Below the pieces are notes generated by a model. It saw nothing but the letters and a program-made list of their open reading frames with translations. It did not search any database and was not told the DNA's origin. From positions 42,651-106,650 of the forward strand of contig CATFEX010000046.1 in the NCBI GenBank assembly GCA_949511625.1: a stretch of 64,000 nucleotides of DNA, given 5' to 3'. Numbering within the stretch: the stretch's first letter is position 1; every line of letters starts with the position of its first letter. Shown in pieces: positions 10,467 to 19,399 of this stretch. The translations under genes were made by a program, and so were the position numbers. The DNA comes from Flavobacteriaceae bacterium. Lineage in GTDB: Bacteria > Bacteroidota > Bacteroidia > Flavobacteriales > Flavobacteriaceae.

Positions 10467-10874
10467 TTATTCTTCGCGGGCTTTGAAATCAATACTAACT
10501 GAGTTAACACAATATCGCATGCCCGTTTGAGTGGGGCCATCATGGAATACATGACCTTGATGAGAACCGCATTGTGAACATACAATTTCGGTGCGTAGCA
10601 TTCCATGGCTGCTATCTTTAATATATTCAATAGCTCCGGGAAGGGAGGCATCAAAACTGGGCCATCCACACCCACTGTCAAACTTATTATTACTTGTGTA
10701 TAACTTTTCACCACAGGCTTTGCAATAGTAATCTCCCAACTCAAAGTGTTGGTCATATTCCCCTGTAAAAGGGCGCTCGGTTTCTTGTTGACGTAAAACG
10801 GAGTAGGAGAGGGGATCTAGCTGATTGCGCCATTCTTGTTCAGACTTTTCTACAGGATATTTAGTTTTTTTCAT
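10467..10874 (-). CDS. msrB: peptide-methionine (R)-S-oxide reductase MsrB (cytoplasmic form)
   Basis: 135 aa with two CxxC zinc motifs (CKACG, CSQCG) and the catalytic 'RYCVNS'. Confidence 0.95.
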   Translation of the reverse strand: MKKTKYPVEKSEQEWRNQLDPLSYSVLRQQETERPFTGEYDQHFELGDYYCKACGEKLYTSNNKFDSGCGWPSFDASLPGAIEYIKDSSHGMLRTEIVCSQCGSHQGHVFHDGPTQTGMRYCVNSVSIDFKAREE

Positions 10875-11346
10875 TGGTTGGGATAAATTGAAGTGCTGCT
10901 GAATTAATGCAATGTCTTATTCCTGTCGTATTTTGAGGACCATCGTTAAACAAATGTCCGAGGTGCCCTCCGCATTTGTTGCATTTGAGCTCAGTACGAG
11001 CATACCCCAACTTGTAGTCTACATCATATTCAATATTGGAGTCATTCCCCCGATCAAATGACGGCCATCCGGTGCCAGAATCAAACTTATGGTCTGACTC
11101 ATAAAGTGTGGCTCCACAACCTTGACAAACATAAGAACCCGATTTGTAATTTTTGTTGTATGGATTGGAGAAAGGACGTTCTGTTCCCGCCTGACGCAAT
11201 ACATAGTATGAGAGGTCCGACAGTTGTTCTTGCCATTCGGCATCTGTTTTCTCCACCATATAGGTCTTAAGTTCTTTTTGGGGTTGTGCTTTACTCTGGC
11301 AGGAAAAACTACCAACAAGGAGTAGACTCAGGAAAAACTTTTTCAT
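10861..11346 (-). CDS. msrB: peptide-methionine (R)-S-oxide reductase MsrB with N-terminal signal peptide (exported form)
   Basis: 161 aa with signal sequence 'MKKFFLSLLLVGSFSCQSKA', CxxC pairs (CQGCG, CNKCG) and catalytic 'RHCINS'. It overlaps the downstream msrB by 14 nt. Confidence 0.9.
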   Translation of the reverse strand: MKKFFLSLLLVGSFSCQSKAQPQKELKTYMVEKTDAEWQEQLSDLSYYVLRQAGTERPFSNPYNKNYKSGSYVCQGCGATLYESDHKFDSGTGWPSFDRGNDSNIEYDVDYKLGYARTELKCNKCGGHLGHLFNDGPQNTTGIRHCINSAALQFIPTNEKN

Positions 11347-11492
11347 TTTTTATTTAAAAGTATAAATAAATAAAGCAATCCTAAAACAATCTTGGTTTGG
11401 ATTTTCGCAACTAACTAATAATTAAATAGTAAGAATAAATACAGAGAAAAACCGATTTAAAATGCTATTTTGACGATCTATTTTTTTTGCAA

Positions 11493-12827
11493 ATGCTAAA
11501 CAAACTAAGACCCCCACTTGAAAAAGGAAGCAAGAAGTTAATCAACGCCTGGGCATTCTATGATTGGGCCAATTCGGTTTATTCTTTGGTCATTTCCTCC
11601 GCAATTTTCCCTATTTATTATGGACTCATATTTAGTGACAGCAACACAATTCCTTTTCTAGGATATGATGTGAAAAATACGGCAATGATTAGTTTTGTTA
11701 CAGCTACTGCTTTTGTATTTGTTGCGTTTATTTCTCCATTACTTTCTGGGATTGCGGACTACATTGGTAATAAAAAACGTTTCATGAAGTTGTTTGTCTA
11801 CTTGGGTTCCGTCTCTTGTTTTGGGCTGTACTGGTTCGAAATGGATACCATCTACATGGGACTGTTTTTCTATTTCTTGGCAATGATTGGCCTTTGGTCT
11901 AGTTTGGTTTTTTACAATTCCTATTTACCCGATATCGCGCATCCTCATCAACACGATCGAGCCAGCGCTAGAGGGTTTTCAATGGGGTATGTCGGGAGTG
12001 TTTTGTTGTTGTTATTCAATTTAAGCATGGTGATGAAACCAGAGTGGTATGGAATCACTGGAACAGAATTAGAGGCTTCTCTAAAAGCGATGAAATACTC
12101 TTTCATATCTGTTGGTATTTGGTGGGCAGGTTTTAGTCAAATTTCATTTTATTATCTCCCCAAAGGAAATTCCAATGCTCAAAAAATGACAAAAGACATT
12201 TTTTGGAATGGCTTTAAGGAGCTGCGTTCGGTATGGTGGGAATTGAAAGATAATTTCAAGTTAAAAAGATATTTAGGGGCTTTTTTTGTCTACAGCATGT
12301 CCTTGCAGACTGTTCTTTTAGTTGCGGCATATTTTGGCGAAGAAGAAATTGCTTGGTCTAGTACAGCTGAGAAAACAACAGGATTAATTATCAGTATTCT
12401 TTTGATTCAATTGGTTGGGATTCTGGGGGCAGTATTAACTTCAAGAAGTTCAGAGCGTTTTGGAAATATTCCAACCCTGGTTGGTGTGAACCTAATTTGG
12501 GCAGGTCTCTGTGTCTATGCTTATTACATTCAAACGCCCTTTCAGTTTTATTGTATTGCCGGTTTGGTGGGTATGGTGATGGGAGGCCTTCAAGCATTAT
12601 CGCGCTCTACTTATTCAAAGTATTTGCCGGAAACCAAGGATACCACATCCTATTTTAGTTTCTATGATGTTACTGAAAAAGTTGGTATCATCATTGGAAT
12701 GTTACTTTTTGGTTCTCTAGATCAGATTACGGGAAGCATGCGATCTGCAATTCTTTTCTTTTTCTTTTCATTCATAATTGGAGCATTATTGCTGTTGCGT
12801 GTTCCCCGAGCAACCTCTAAAGTTTAA
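11493..12827 (+). CDS. MFS transporter, UMF1 (Atg22-like) family
   Basis: 'AWAFYDWANSVYSLVISSAIFPIYY' is the typical UMF1 N-terminus, with multiple TM segments. The ATG at 11493 is preferred over the TTG at 11487. Confidence 0.8.
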   Translation: MLNKLRPPLEKGSKKLINAWAFYDWANSVYSLVISSAIFPIYYGLIFSDSNTIPFLGYDVKNTAMISFVTATAFVFVAFISPLLSGIADYIGNKKRFMKLFVYLGSVSCFGLYWFEMDTIYMGLFFYFLAMIGLWSSLVFYNSYLPDIAHPHQHDRASARGFSMGYVGSVLLLLFNLSMVMKPEWYGITGTELEASLKAMKYSFISVGIWWAGFSQISFYYLPKGNSNAQKMTKDIFWNGFKELRSVWWELKDNFKLKRYLGAFFVYSMSLQTVLLVAAYFGEEEIAWSSTAEKTTGLIISILLIQLVGILGAVLTSRSSERFGNIPTLVGVNLIWAGLCVYAYYIQTPFQFYCIAGLVGMVMGGLQALSRSTYSKYLPETKDTTSYFSFYDVTEKVGIIIGMLLFGSLDQITGSMRSAILFFFFSFIIGALLLLRVPRATSKV

Positions 12828-13044
12828 TAAATTTAGTTTTTCCACTTCCTGAATTTTGGATATCTACTTCAGAAGGATCACCGTAAACGGCGATTTTACC
12901 CGAACCACTTAGATTTGAAACTAATGATTTTAATGACTGTATTTTTACTGTACCCGATCCAGAAACTTTCGCGTCTGCATGATTGGATTTTAATGCATGA
13001 CAATCTATGAGACCAGAGCCAGACAGTTTATTGATTGTGGTCAT
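12817..13044 (-). pseudogene. C-terminal fragment of a DUF2807 / head-GIN-domain protein (N-terminal part missing)
   Basis: Only 75 codons, built of the repeated 'SGSG-x-(I/V)' beta-helix units (LSGSGLI, VSGSGTV, LSGSGKI, NSGSGKT) that form the C-terminus of much longer DUF2807 proteins. It abuts a truncated sigma factor gene. Confidence 0.5.
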
Positions 13045-13477
13045 ATCCCTCTAAATAGTACAACCGGAGCAACAATTGATCTTTGGAACGTAATTGTTCC
13101 ATGGCCCGAAGGAGTGTTTTTACCCGATCCTCATCTTCAATGATCGAATTGGAGACCTCCTCTTGTACAATTTCCTTGGTGTTATCTAGGCGTTGGAGCT
13201 TGAATTTTTCTTTATAGTATTCATAGCTTTTTCGGGCAACAATTTTTTTCAACCAACCTCCAAAACTGTTTTCTTTCTCGAATTGATGTAATTTACGAAA
13301 GGCGAGGATAAAGCCTTCTTGAGTTGCCTCTTCTGCTAATACCACATCGTTTGTTATACGTAGGGCCGTGTTATACATCGCTTTATTATATCTTCTATAA
13401 ATTTCAAACTGTGCCTGCTGGTCATTGTTGCGACATAAGGCAATAAGTTCATTGCTATTTAATAATTCAAGACTCAA
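13028..13477 (-). pseudogene. ECF-type RNA polymerase sigma-70 factor, truncated inside region 4
   Basis: Region 2 is present ('EEATQEGFILAFRKLHQF...SFGGWLKKIVARKSYEYY'), as is the start of region 4 ('LLLRLYYLEGYDHNQ*'). The frame stops before the HTH recognition helix (about 40 aa short). TTG start. Confidence 0.6.
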
Positions 13478-13665
13478 GGGACAACGTTTTCATTGTTAAG
13501 AGGTAGGTGAACCCAATATGTTACACTTTAGGTAAAAATACACAACTGGCACAATGATTGAACTTATTAAATCAAATAGTCAAAAGGATCATTATATTTC
13601 ACGAGAGCCAATCTTATGAAGAAATTTCATGAATATAAATGACAACTTGACTTGAAATATACACC

Positions 13666-16116
13666 ATGGCGAAATCTATTTTCAATTCCCTTGACAACAT
13701 GTCACTTCAAGATATCGAATCTGATGCGGATCTCATTCCTTTGATGACTTCTGAAGATGAAGAAGAACTTCAAAAAGAATCGCTGCCTGCTTCAGTACCG
13801 ATCCTTCCGCTTCGCAATACAGTATTATTTCCAGGTGTGGTGATACCCATTACAGCAGGGCGGGACAAGTCTATTCAATTAATCAAAGACGCCAACAAAG
13901 GGAGCAAGGTCATTGGGGTGGTTGCTCAACAAGACCCGGATGAGGAAAATCCTATTGCCAAAGACCTGTACCCCTTAGGTACGGTTGCCCAAATTCTTCG
14001 TGTTCTTAAGATGCCCGACGGGAATACTACCGTTATCATCCAAGGGAAAAAACGTTTTGAGATCGATGAAATTCTTATTGAAAATCCTTACTTAACAGCT
14101 AAAATCTCTGAGGTCAACGAATCCTTTGAAGATATCAATAATGAGGAGTTTTTGGCCATTATTGATTCAATCAAAGAAAAAGCCCTTCAAATCATACAGG
14201 AAAACCCCAACCTTCCCTCTGAAGCTTCGTTTGCAATCAAAAATATACAAAGTCCTTCTTTTTTGATCAATTTTGTTTCCTCAAACCTCAACATTGGAGT
14301 TGTAGAAAAACAATCCATTCTGGCCATGGAAAGTTTGAAAGATCGAGCACTTGCTTGCCTAAAACAGATGGATTTGGAATATCAAAAGTTGGCTCTCAAA
14401 AATGACATTCAGTCCAAAGTCCGTAACGATTTGGATCAACAACAACGGGAATACTATTTGCACCAGCAACTCAAAACCATACAAGAAGAGCTGGGGGGGG
14501 TATCCTACGAAGAAGAGGTAGAAGAGATGCGTGAGCGGACGATGGAAAAGAAATGGGATAAGGAAACTCAGACTCATTTCTTTAAAGAATTGGGACGTAT
14601 GCAACGAATGAATCCACAGGTAGCCGAATACTCCATCCAACGCAGTTATTTGGATTTGTTTTTGGACCTGCCGTGGAATGAATTCTCAAATGATCAATTC
14701 GACCTAAAAAAAGCTCAAAAGATTCTGGATCGGGATCATTCTGGTTTGGAAGAAGTGAAAAAACGAATTTTGGAATACTTGGCTGTACTCAAGTTACGCA
14801 ATGATATGAAATCACCCATTTTGTGTTTGTATGGACCTCCGGGGGTTGGTAAGACCTCCTTGGGAAAATCCATTGCAGAAGCTTTGGGGAGATCATATGT
14901 GCGAATTGCCTTAGGGGGTATGAGAGACGAAGCTGAGATTAGAGGACATCGTAAAACCTATATTGGAGCTTTACCCGGGCGGATTATTCAAAGTTTGAAA
15001 AAGGCCCAAACAGCCAATCCAGTTTTTGTATTGGATGAAATTGATAAATTGAATCAAAGTATGCAGGGCGATCCGGCAGCAGCTCTTTTAGAAGTTCTAG
15101 ACCCGGAACAGAATAATTCATTTTACGACAACTATTTGGAACATGGGTTTGATCTATCAAAGGTCATGTTTATTGCTACGGCAAATAATTTGGGACCCAT
15201 TCATCCTGCCCTACGAGATAGGATGGAGATCATCAATGTGAGTGGATATACACTGGAAGAAAAAATTGAGATTGCTCAAAAGCATTTATTGCCCAAACAA
15301 CTCAAGGAGCATGGTTTAAAGAAAAATCAATTCAAAGCTAGTAAAGCAACTATTACATCAGCCATTGACGGGTACACTCGCGAATCAGGAGTTCGTGGTT
15401 TGGACAAACAGATGGCTAAAATGGTTCGTTATGTAGCCAAGTCCATCGCTATGGAAGAAACCTATATCGATACCCCTAAACCTTCAGATTTACCTGCCAT
15501 CCTAGGGCCTGCCAAAGTGCACAGAGACCTTTATGAAAATAACCAGACAGCTGGAGTCGTAACTGGACTGGCTTGGACAGCCGTTGGAGGGGATATACTC
15601 TTCATTGAATCGGCCTTATCCCCAGGCAAAGGGAATTTAAACATTACGGGAAATTTGGGTAAAATCATGAAAGAATCTGCAACGATTGCACGGGAATATT
15701 TAAAAGCTAATGCAAGTCGTTTGGAATTGAAAGATTTTTCTTTTGACAAATACGACATTCACATTCATGTACCCGAGGGAGCGACCCCCAAAGATGGCCC
15801 TAGCGCTGGGGTAACCTTGCTTACTTCATTGGTTTCGCTCATCACACAACAGCGCGTTAAAAGTAAACTTGCTATGACTGGCGAGATAACACTCCGCGGC
15901 AAGGTACTTCCCGTTGGTGGGATTAAAGAGAAAATTCTTGCAGCCAAACGAGCTAAGATAAAAGAGATTATTTTATCCGAATCCAACCGAAAGGATATTG
16001 AAGAAATTAATGAACGTTACCTAAACGGACTCCAATTCCATTTTGTCAAAGAAATGGAAGAAGTCATAGATCTGGCGATTACCAAACAAAAGGTTAAATT
16101 CGCTAAAGCTCTATAA
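13666..16116 (+). CDS. lon: ATP-dependent endopeptidase La (Lon protease)
   Basis: 816 aa with Walker A 'GPPGVGKTS', Walker B 'VFVLDEIDK' and the catalytic Ser motif 'PKDGPSAGVT'. Confidence 0.97.
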   Translation: MAKSIFNSLDNMSLQDIESDADLIPLMTSEDEEELQKESLPASVPILPLRNTVLFPGVVIPITAGRDKSIQLIKDANKGSKVIGVVAQQDPDEENPIAKDLYPLGTVAQILRVLKMPDGNTTVIIQGKKRFEIDEILIENPYLTAKISEVNESFEDINNEEFLAIIDSIKEKALQIIQENPNLPSEASFAIKNIQSPSFLINFVSSNLNIGVVEKQSILAMESLKDRALACLKQMDLEYQKLALKNDIQSKVRNDLDQQQREYYLHQQLKTIQEELGGVSYEEEVEEMRERTMEKKWDKETQTHFFKELGRMQRMNPQVAEYSIQRSYLDLFLDLPWNEFSNDQFDLKKAQKILDRDHSGLEEVKKRILEYLAVLKLRNDMKSPILCLYGPPGVGKTSLGKSIAEALGRSYVRIALGGMRDEAEIRGHRKTYIGALPGRIIQSLKKAQTANPVFVLDEIDKLNQSMQGDPAAALLEVLDPEQNNSFYDNYLEHGFDLSKVMFIATANNLGPIHPALRDRMEIINVSGYTLEEKIEIAQKHLLPKQLKEHGLKKNQFKASKATITSAIDGYTRESGVRGLDKQMAKMVRYVAKSIAMEETYIDTPKPSDLPAILGPAKVHRDLYENNQTAGVVTGLAWTAVGGDILFIESALSPGKGNLNITGNLGKIMKESATIAREYLKANASRLELKDFSFDKYDIHIHVPEGATPKDGPSAGVTLLTSLVSLITQQRVKSKLAMTGEITLRGKVLPVGGIKEKILAAKRAKIKEIILSESNRKDIEEINERYLNGLQFHFVKEMEEVIDLAITKQKVKFAKAL

Positions 16117-16121
16117 GCGAA

Positions 16122-16781
16122 ATGAATAGAACCCGTGTCATCGCCATTGATGGATTTGCTGCTACTGGTAAAAGCACCATAGCCAAAAAACTAGCCCGTA
16201 CGCTTGATTATCGTTATTTGGATACGGGATCCATGTTTCGAACGCTGACCCATCATGCAATGCAGCAAGGTTTTCTTTCGGAAGAAAAATTAGATGATAC
16301 GGCTTTTCAAGTTTTTTTGGAAAACAGCCATTTTCATTGGCTAGGCACCGCCCTCGGATTTAATGGTCAGGCATTAGGGAACGAAATTCGAAGTCATGAA
16401 GTAGCAGAAAAAGTTAGCTACATGGCCGCAATACCCTTTGTACGAGCTTTTACACTAAAAAACCAACACGAACTGGCTTCTGGACAGTCCATAGTAATCG
16501 ATGGAAGGGATATTGGAACAGTAGTTTTTCCAGAGGCTCATCATAAGTTTTTTTTGAACGCCGCCCCTGAAGTACGCGCTCAAAGACGCTGGGAGGAACT
16601 GAGGGAACAAGGACAAAAGGTTGATTTACAGGATGTCCTTCAGAATGTGCGAGATCGAGATAAAAAAGACAGCGACCGTATTGTTGCTCCTTTGCGCAAG
16701 GCTGACGATGCAGTTTTAATCGATACGTCTGAATTGAGTATCGAAGACGTTTTTCAAACAATGCTATCCCATATACAATAG
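16122..16781 (+). CDS. cmk: (d)CMP kinase
   Basis: P-loop 'IAIDGFAATGKST' and 'DGRDIGTVVFP', 219 aa. The cmk-rpsA arrangement is the usual one. Confidence 0.93.
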   Translation: MNRTRVIAIDGFAATGKSTIAKKLARTLDYRYLDTGSMFRTLTHHAMQQGFLSEEKLDDTAFQVFLENSHFHWLGTALGFNGQALGNEIRSHEVAEKVSYMAAIPFVRAFTLKNQHELASGQSIVIDGRDIGTVVFPEAHHKFFLNAAPEVRAQRRWEELREQGQKVDLQDVLQNVRDRDKKDSDRIVAPLRKADDAVLIDTSELSIEDVFQTMLSHIQ

Positions 16782-16798
16782 GTTTTTTTAAGGAAGCA

Positions 16799-16828
16799 TT
16801 GCAAATCAAGCAAATACCCTTACATTTG
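16799..16828 (+). promoter_or_regulatory. putative Bacteroidota sigma-A promoter for rpsA (-33 TTG, -7 TAcaTTTG)
   Basis: TTG at 16799-16801 and a perfect TAnnTTTG (TACATTTG) at 16821-16828 with a 19-nt spacer, about 110 nt upstream of the rpsA ATG. Confidence 0.45.
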
Positions 16829-16940
16829 CGCTCTCTTTGGTGAATGAGAAGTAGCAAGAGAAATGAACAATAATTAAACAGCTTTCAAGGATCTCACCGT
16901 AAAGCCACTTCAAATCCTTGAAATACAAAACCAATCAGCT

Positions 16941-18764
16941 ATGGCTGAAGCAAAGAAAACCGAAGCACCACAAGAAGTGGAAGAAGCTCCGAAAAAAAAA
17001 GCACCTAAAACTCCTGAAACCACGCCCCAAGAATTTCTTGCCAATTTTAATTGGCACCACTACGAAGAGGGAATTGATGTGGTAGAAGACAAACAATTAA
17101 ACGAATTTGAAACGCTTGTCAAAGAAAACTTTGTCGATACAGCCGATGAGGATGTTATCGAGGGAGAGGTCGTTTACTTGACCGACCGCGAAGCGATTAT
17201 CGATATCAATGCCAAATCTGAAGGAGTTATCTCCTTAAATGAATTCCGCTACAACCCCGACTTAAAAGTGGGGGATAAAGTAGAGGTGATCGTTGATACC
17301 CGTGAAGACCGCACTGGTCAATTGGTACTATCTCACCGAAAGGCAAGAGTCATTAAAGCTTGGGATCGTGTAAATCATGCCCATGATAATGGTGAAATTG
17401 TAAATGGCTTTGTTAAGTGTCGCACTAAAGGGGGAATGATTGTCGATGTTTTTGGAATTGAAGCATTTTTACCTGGCTCACAAATAGATGTGAAGCCCAT
17501 CCGTGATTACGATCAGTATGTCAACAAAACGATGGAATTTAAAGTGGTGAAAATCAATCACGAATTCAAAAATGTAGTGGTTTCCCATAAAGCATTGATC
17601 GAAGCAGACATTGAAGAGCAGAAAAAAGAAATTATCGGCCAGTTGGAAAAAGGACAAGTACTGGAAGGGACTGTGAAAAACATTACCTCCTACGGGGTCT
17701 TTATTGATTTGGGTGGTGTTGATGGTCTTATTCACATTACTGATCTTTCTTGGAGCCGTATCAATCACCCCAGTGAGATATTGGAACTAGACCAGCAACT
17801 CAATGTAGTTATCCTGGATTTTGATGATAATAAATCTAGAATTCAATTGGGTCTCAAACAATTGAGTGAACATCCATGGGATGCCTTGGGTGACAATATC
17901 AAAGAGGGTGAAAAAGTCAAAGGAAAGGTCGTAGTCATTGCCGACTATGGTGCTTTTGTTGAAATAGAAGACGGTGTTGAAGGTTTGGTTCATGTTTCAG
18001 AAATGTCTTGGTCTACGCACTTGCGTTCTGCACAGGACTTTGTCAATGTGGGAGACGAAGTGGAAGCCGAAATATTATCAGTTGATCGCGAAACTCGAAA
18101 AATGTCATTGGGAATCAAGCAATTGTCTCCCGATCCATGGACAGATATTACTTCCAAATATCCTGTTGGTTCAAAACACACAGGAACGGTTCGTAACTTC
18201 ACCAACTTTGGTGTCTTTGTTGAACTTGAGGAAGGCATTGATGGATTGGTATATATCTCCGATTTATCTTGGACTAAAAAAGTGAAGCATCCATCAGAAA
18301 TGATGACCATTGGTGACAGTCTAGAGGTTATTGTCTTGGAATTGAATGTTGAAGGACGTAAGCTGAGTTTGGGTCATAAGCAGACTAAAGACAATCCTTG
18401 GGACAAATACCAAGACGAATTTGCTGTGGATACTGTTCACAAAGCGGCCATTACAGAGATTGTAGATAAAGGAGCTACTATTCAATTCAACGAGGATATC
18501 GTTGCGTTTGTTCCTCAACGTCATATGGATAAAGAGGATGGGAGTAAGCTTTCTAAAGGAGAAGAAGTAGAATTCAAAGTAATCGAATTCAGTAAAGACT
18601 TCAAGCGTGTGGTTGTTTCTCACACCGCAATATTCAGAGAGCAAGAGCGTTCCAATATGAAAAAAGCCGCCAAAAAAGTTGCTGCGTCCAATAATGACAA
18701 AACGACTTTAGGTGATTTGGATGCTTTGGCCGATCTGAAAAAGAAAATGAAAGACAACGAATAA
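16941..18764 (+). CDS. rpsA: 30S ribosomal protein S1
   Basis: 607 aa with six S1 OB-fold repeats ('G.V...T.YGVFIDLGG.DGL.H.S'). Confidence 0.97.
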   Translation: MAEAKKTEAPQEVEEAPKKKAPKTPETTPQEFLANFNWHHYEEGIDVVEDKQLNEFETLVKENFVDTADEDVIEGEVVYLTDREAIIDINAKSEGVISLNEFRYNPDLKVGDKVEVIVDTREDRTGQLVLSHRKARVIKAWDRVNHAHDNGEIVNGFVKCRTKGGMIVDVFGIEAFLPGSQIDVKPIRDYDQYVNKTMEFKVVKINHEFKNVVVSHKALIEADIEEQKKEIIGQLEKGQVLEGTVKNITSYGVFIDLGGVDGLIHITDLSWSRINHPSEILELDQQLNVVILDFDDNKSRIQLGLKQLSEHPWDALGDNIKEGEKVKGKVVVIADYGAFVEIEDGVEGLVHVSEMSWSTHLRSAQDFVNVGDEVEAEILSVDRETRKMSLGIKQLSPDPWTDITSKYPVGSKHTGTVRNFTNFGVFVELEEGIDGLVYISDLSWTKKVKHPSEMMTIGDSLEVIVLELNVEGRKLSLGHKQTKDNPWDKYQDEFAVDTVHKAAITEIVDKGATIQFNEDIVAFVPQRHMDKEDGSKLSKGEEVEFKVIEFSKDFKRVVVSHTAIFREQERSNMKKAAKKVAASNNDKTTLGDLDALADLKKKMKDNE

Positions 18765-18786
18765 TTGTCCTTTTCATCCCAATAAA

Positions 18787-18812
18787 AGCCTTCCCTTGTG
18801 GAAGGCTTTTTT
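18787..18812 (+). terminator. Rho-independent terminator after rpsA
   Basis: AGCCTTCC-cttgt-GGAAGGCT hairpin followed by a T6 tract. Confidence 0.7.
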
Positions 18813-18847
18813 ATTTCCCAAACTTTTTTTTGATATTTTTGTACCGC

Positions 18848-19399
18848 ATGTCCAACGCTTCTAAAATATTGCTTACTTCTACCAAGCTCACCCTTATCCT
18901 ACAGCGTCTGGCTTGCCAACTAGTAGAAAACCATCCGGGTTGCGAAAACACGGTTCTTATTGGTCTCCAACCGCGAGGCATTCATCTGCTGGATCGCTTG
19001 GTTGCGATTTTAAAAGAGGAGTATGCTCTGGAGACAATTGAAAGTGGTTATCTCGACACGACTTTTTTTCGTGATGATTTTCGACGTACCCAAAAAATTT
19101 TGGCTGCAAGTCCCACCGATTTGAATGTCCAAATTGAGGGAAAATCGGTAGTACTCATTGATGATGTTTTATTTACAGGGAGAAGCATTCGTGCGGCTCT
19201 CACCGCAATCGACTCCTACGGACGCCCCAGTAACATTGAATTACTTACCCTCATCGATCGTCGTTTTAGCAGACATCTTCCCATTCAACCAGATTATTTG
19301 GGAGCCCAGATAGACGCTTTGGAAGGAGACAAGGTTCGTGTAAAGTGGGGAGATCGTCCAGCAGATAGTATGGTGTATTTGGAAAATAAAGACGCATGA
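18848..19399 (+). CDS. pyrR: bifunctional pyr operon regulator / uracil phosphoribosyltransferase PyrR
   Basis: PRPP-binding motif 'VVLIDDVLFTGRSIRAA'. The ATG at 18848 (MSNASKILL) is preferred over the track TTG at 18830. Confidence 0.9.
   Translation: MSNASKILLTSTKLTLILQRLACQLVENHPGCENTVLIGLQPRGIHLLDRLVAILKEEYALETIESGYLDTTFFRDDFRRTQKILAASPTDLNVQIEGKSVVLIDDVLFTGRSIRAALTAIDSYGRPSNIELLTLIDRRFSRHLPIQPDYLGAQIDALEGDKVRVKWGDRPADSMVYLENKDA

Noticed and set aside
13547-13561. Sigma-54-like promoter TGGCAC-aatga-TTGAa, about 105 nt upstream of lon.
   Set aside because: The -24 element and spacing are right, but the -12 element is TTGA rather than TTGC. By rough arithmetic, a match of this quality is expected about 0.5 times by chance in 2 x 64 kb. 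No enhancer-binding-protein gene or UAS is evident.
18787-18847. Possible PyrR-binding attenuator upstream of pyrR-pyrB.
   Set aside because: The only hairpin is the rpsA terminator. It lacks the PyrR binding-loop consensus (…UCCAGAGAGG…), and 35 nt is too short for an antiterminator/anti-antiterminator system.
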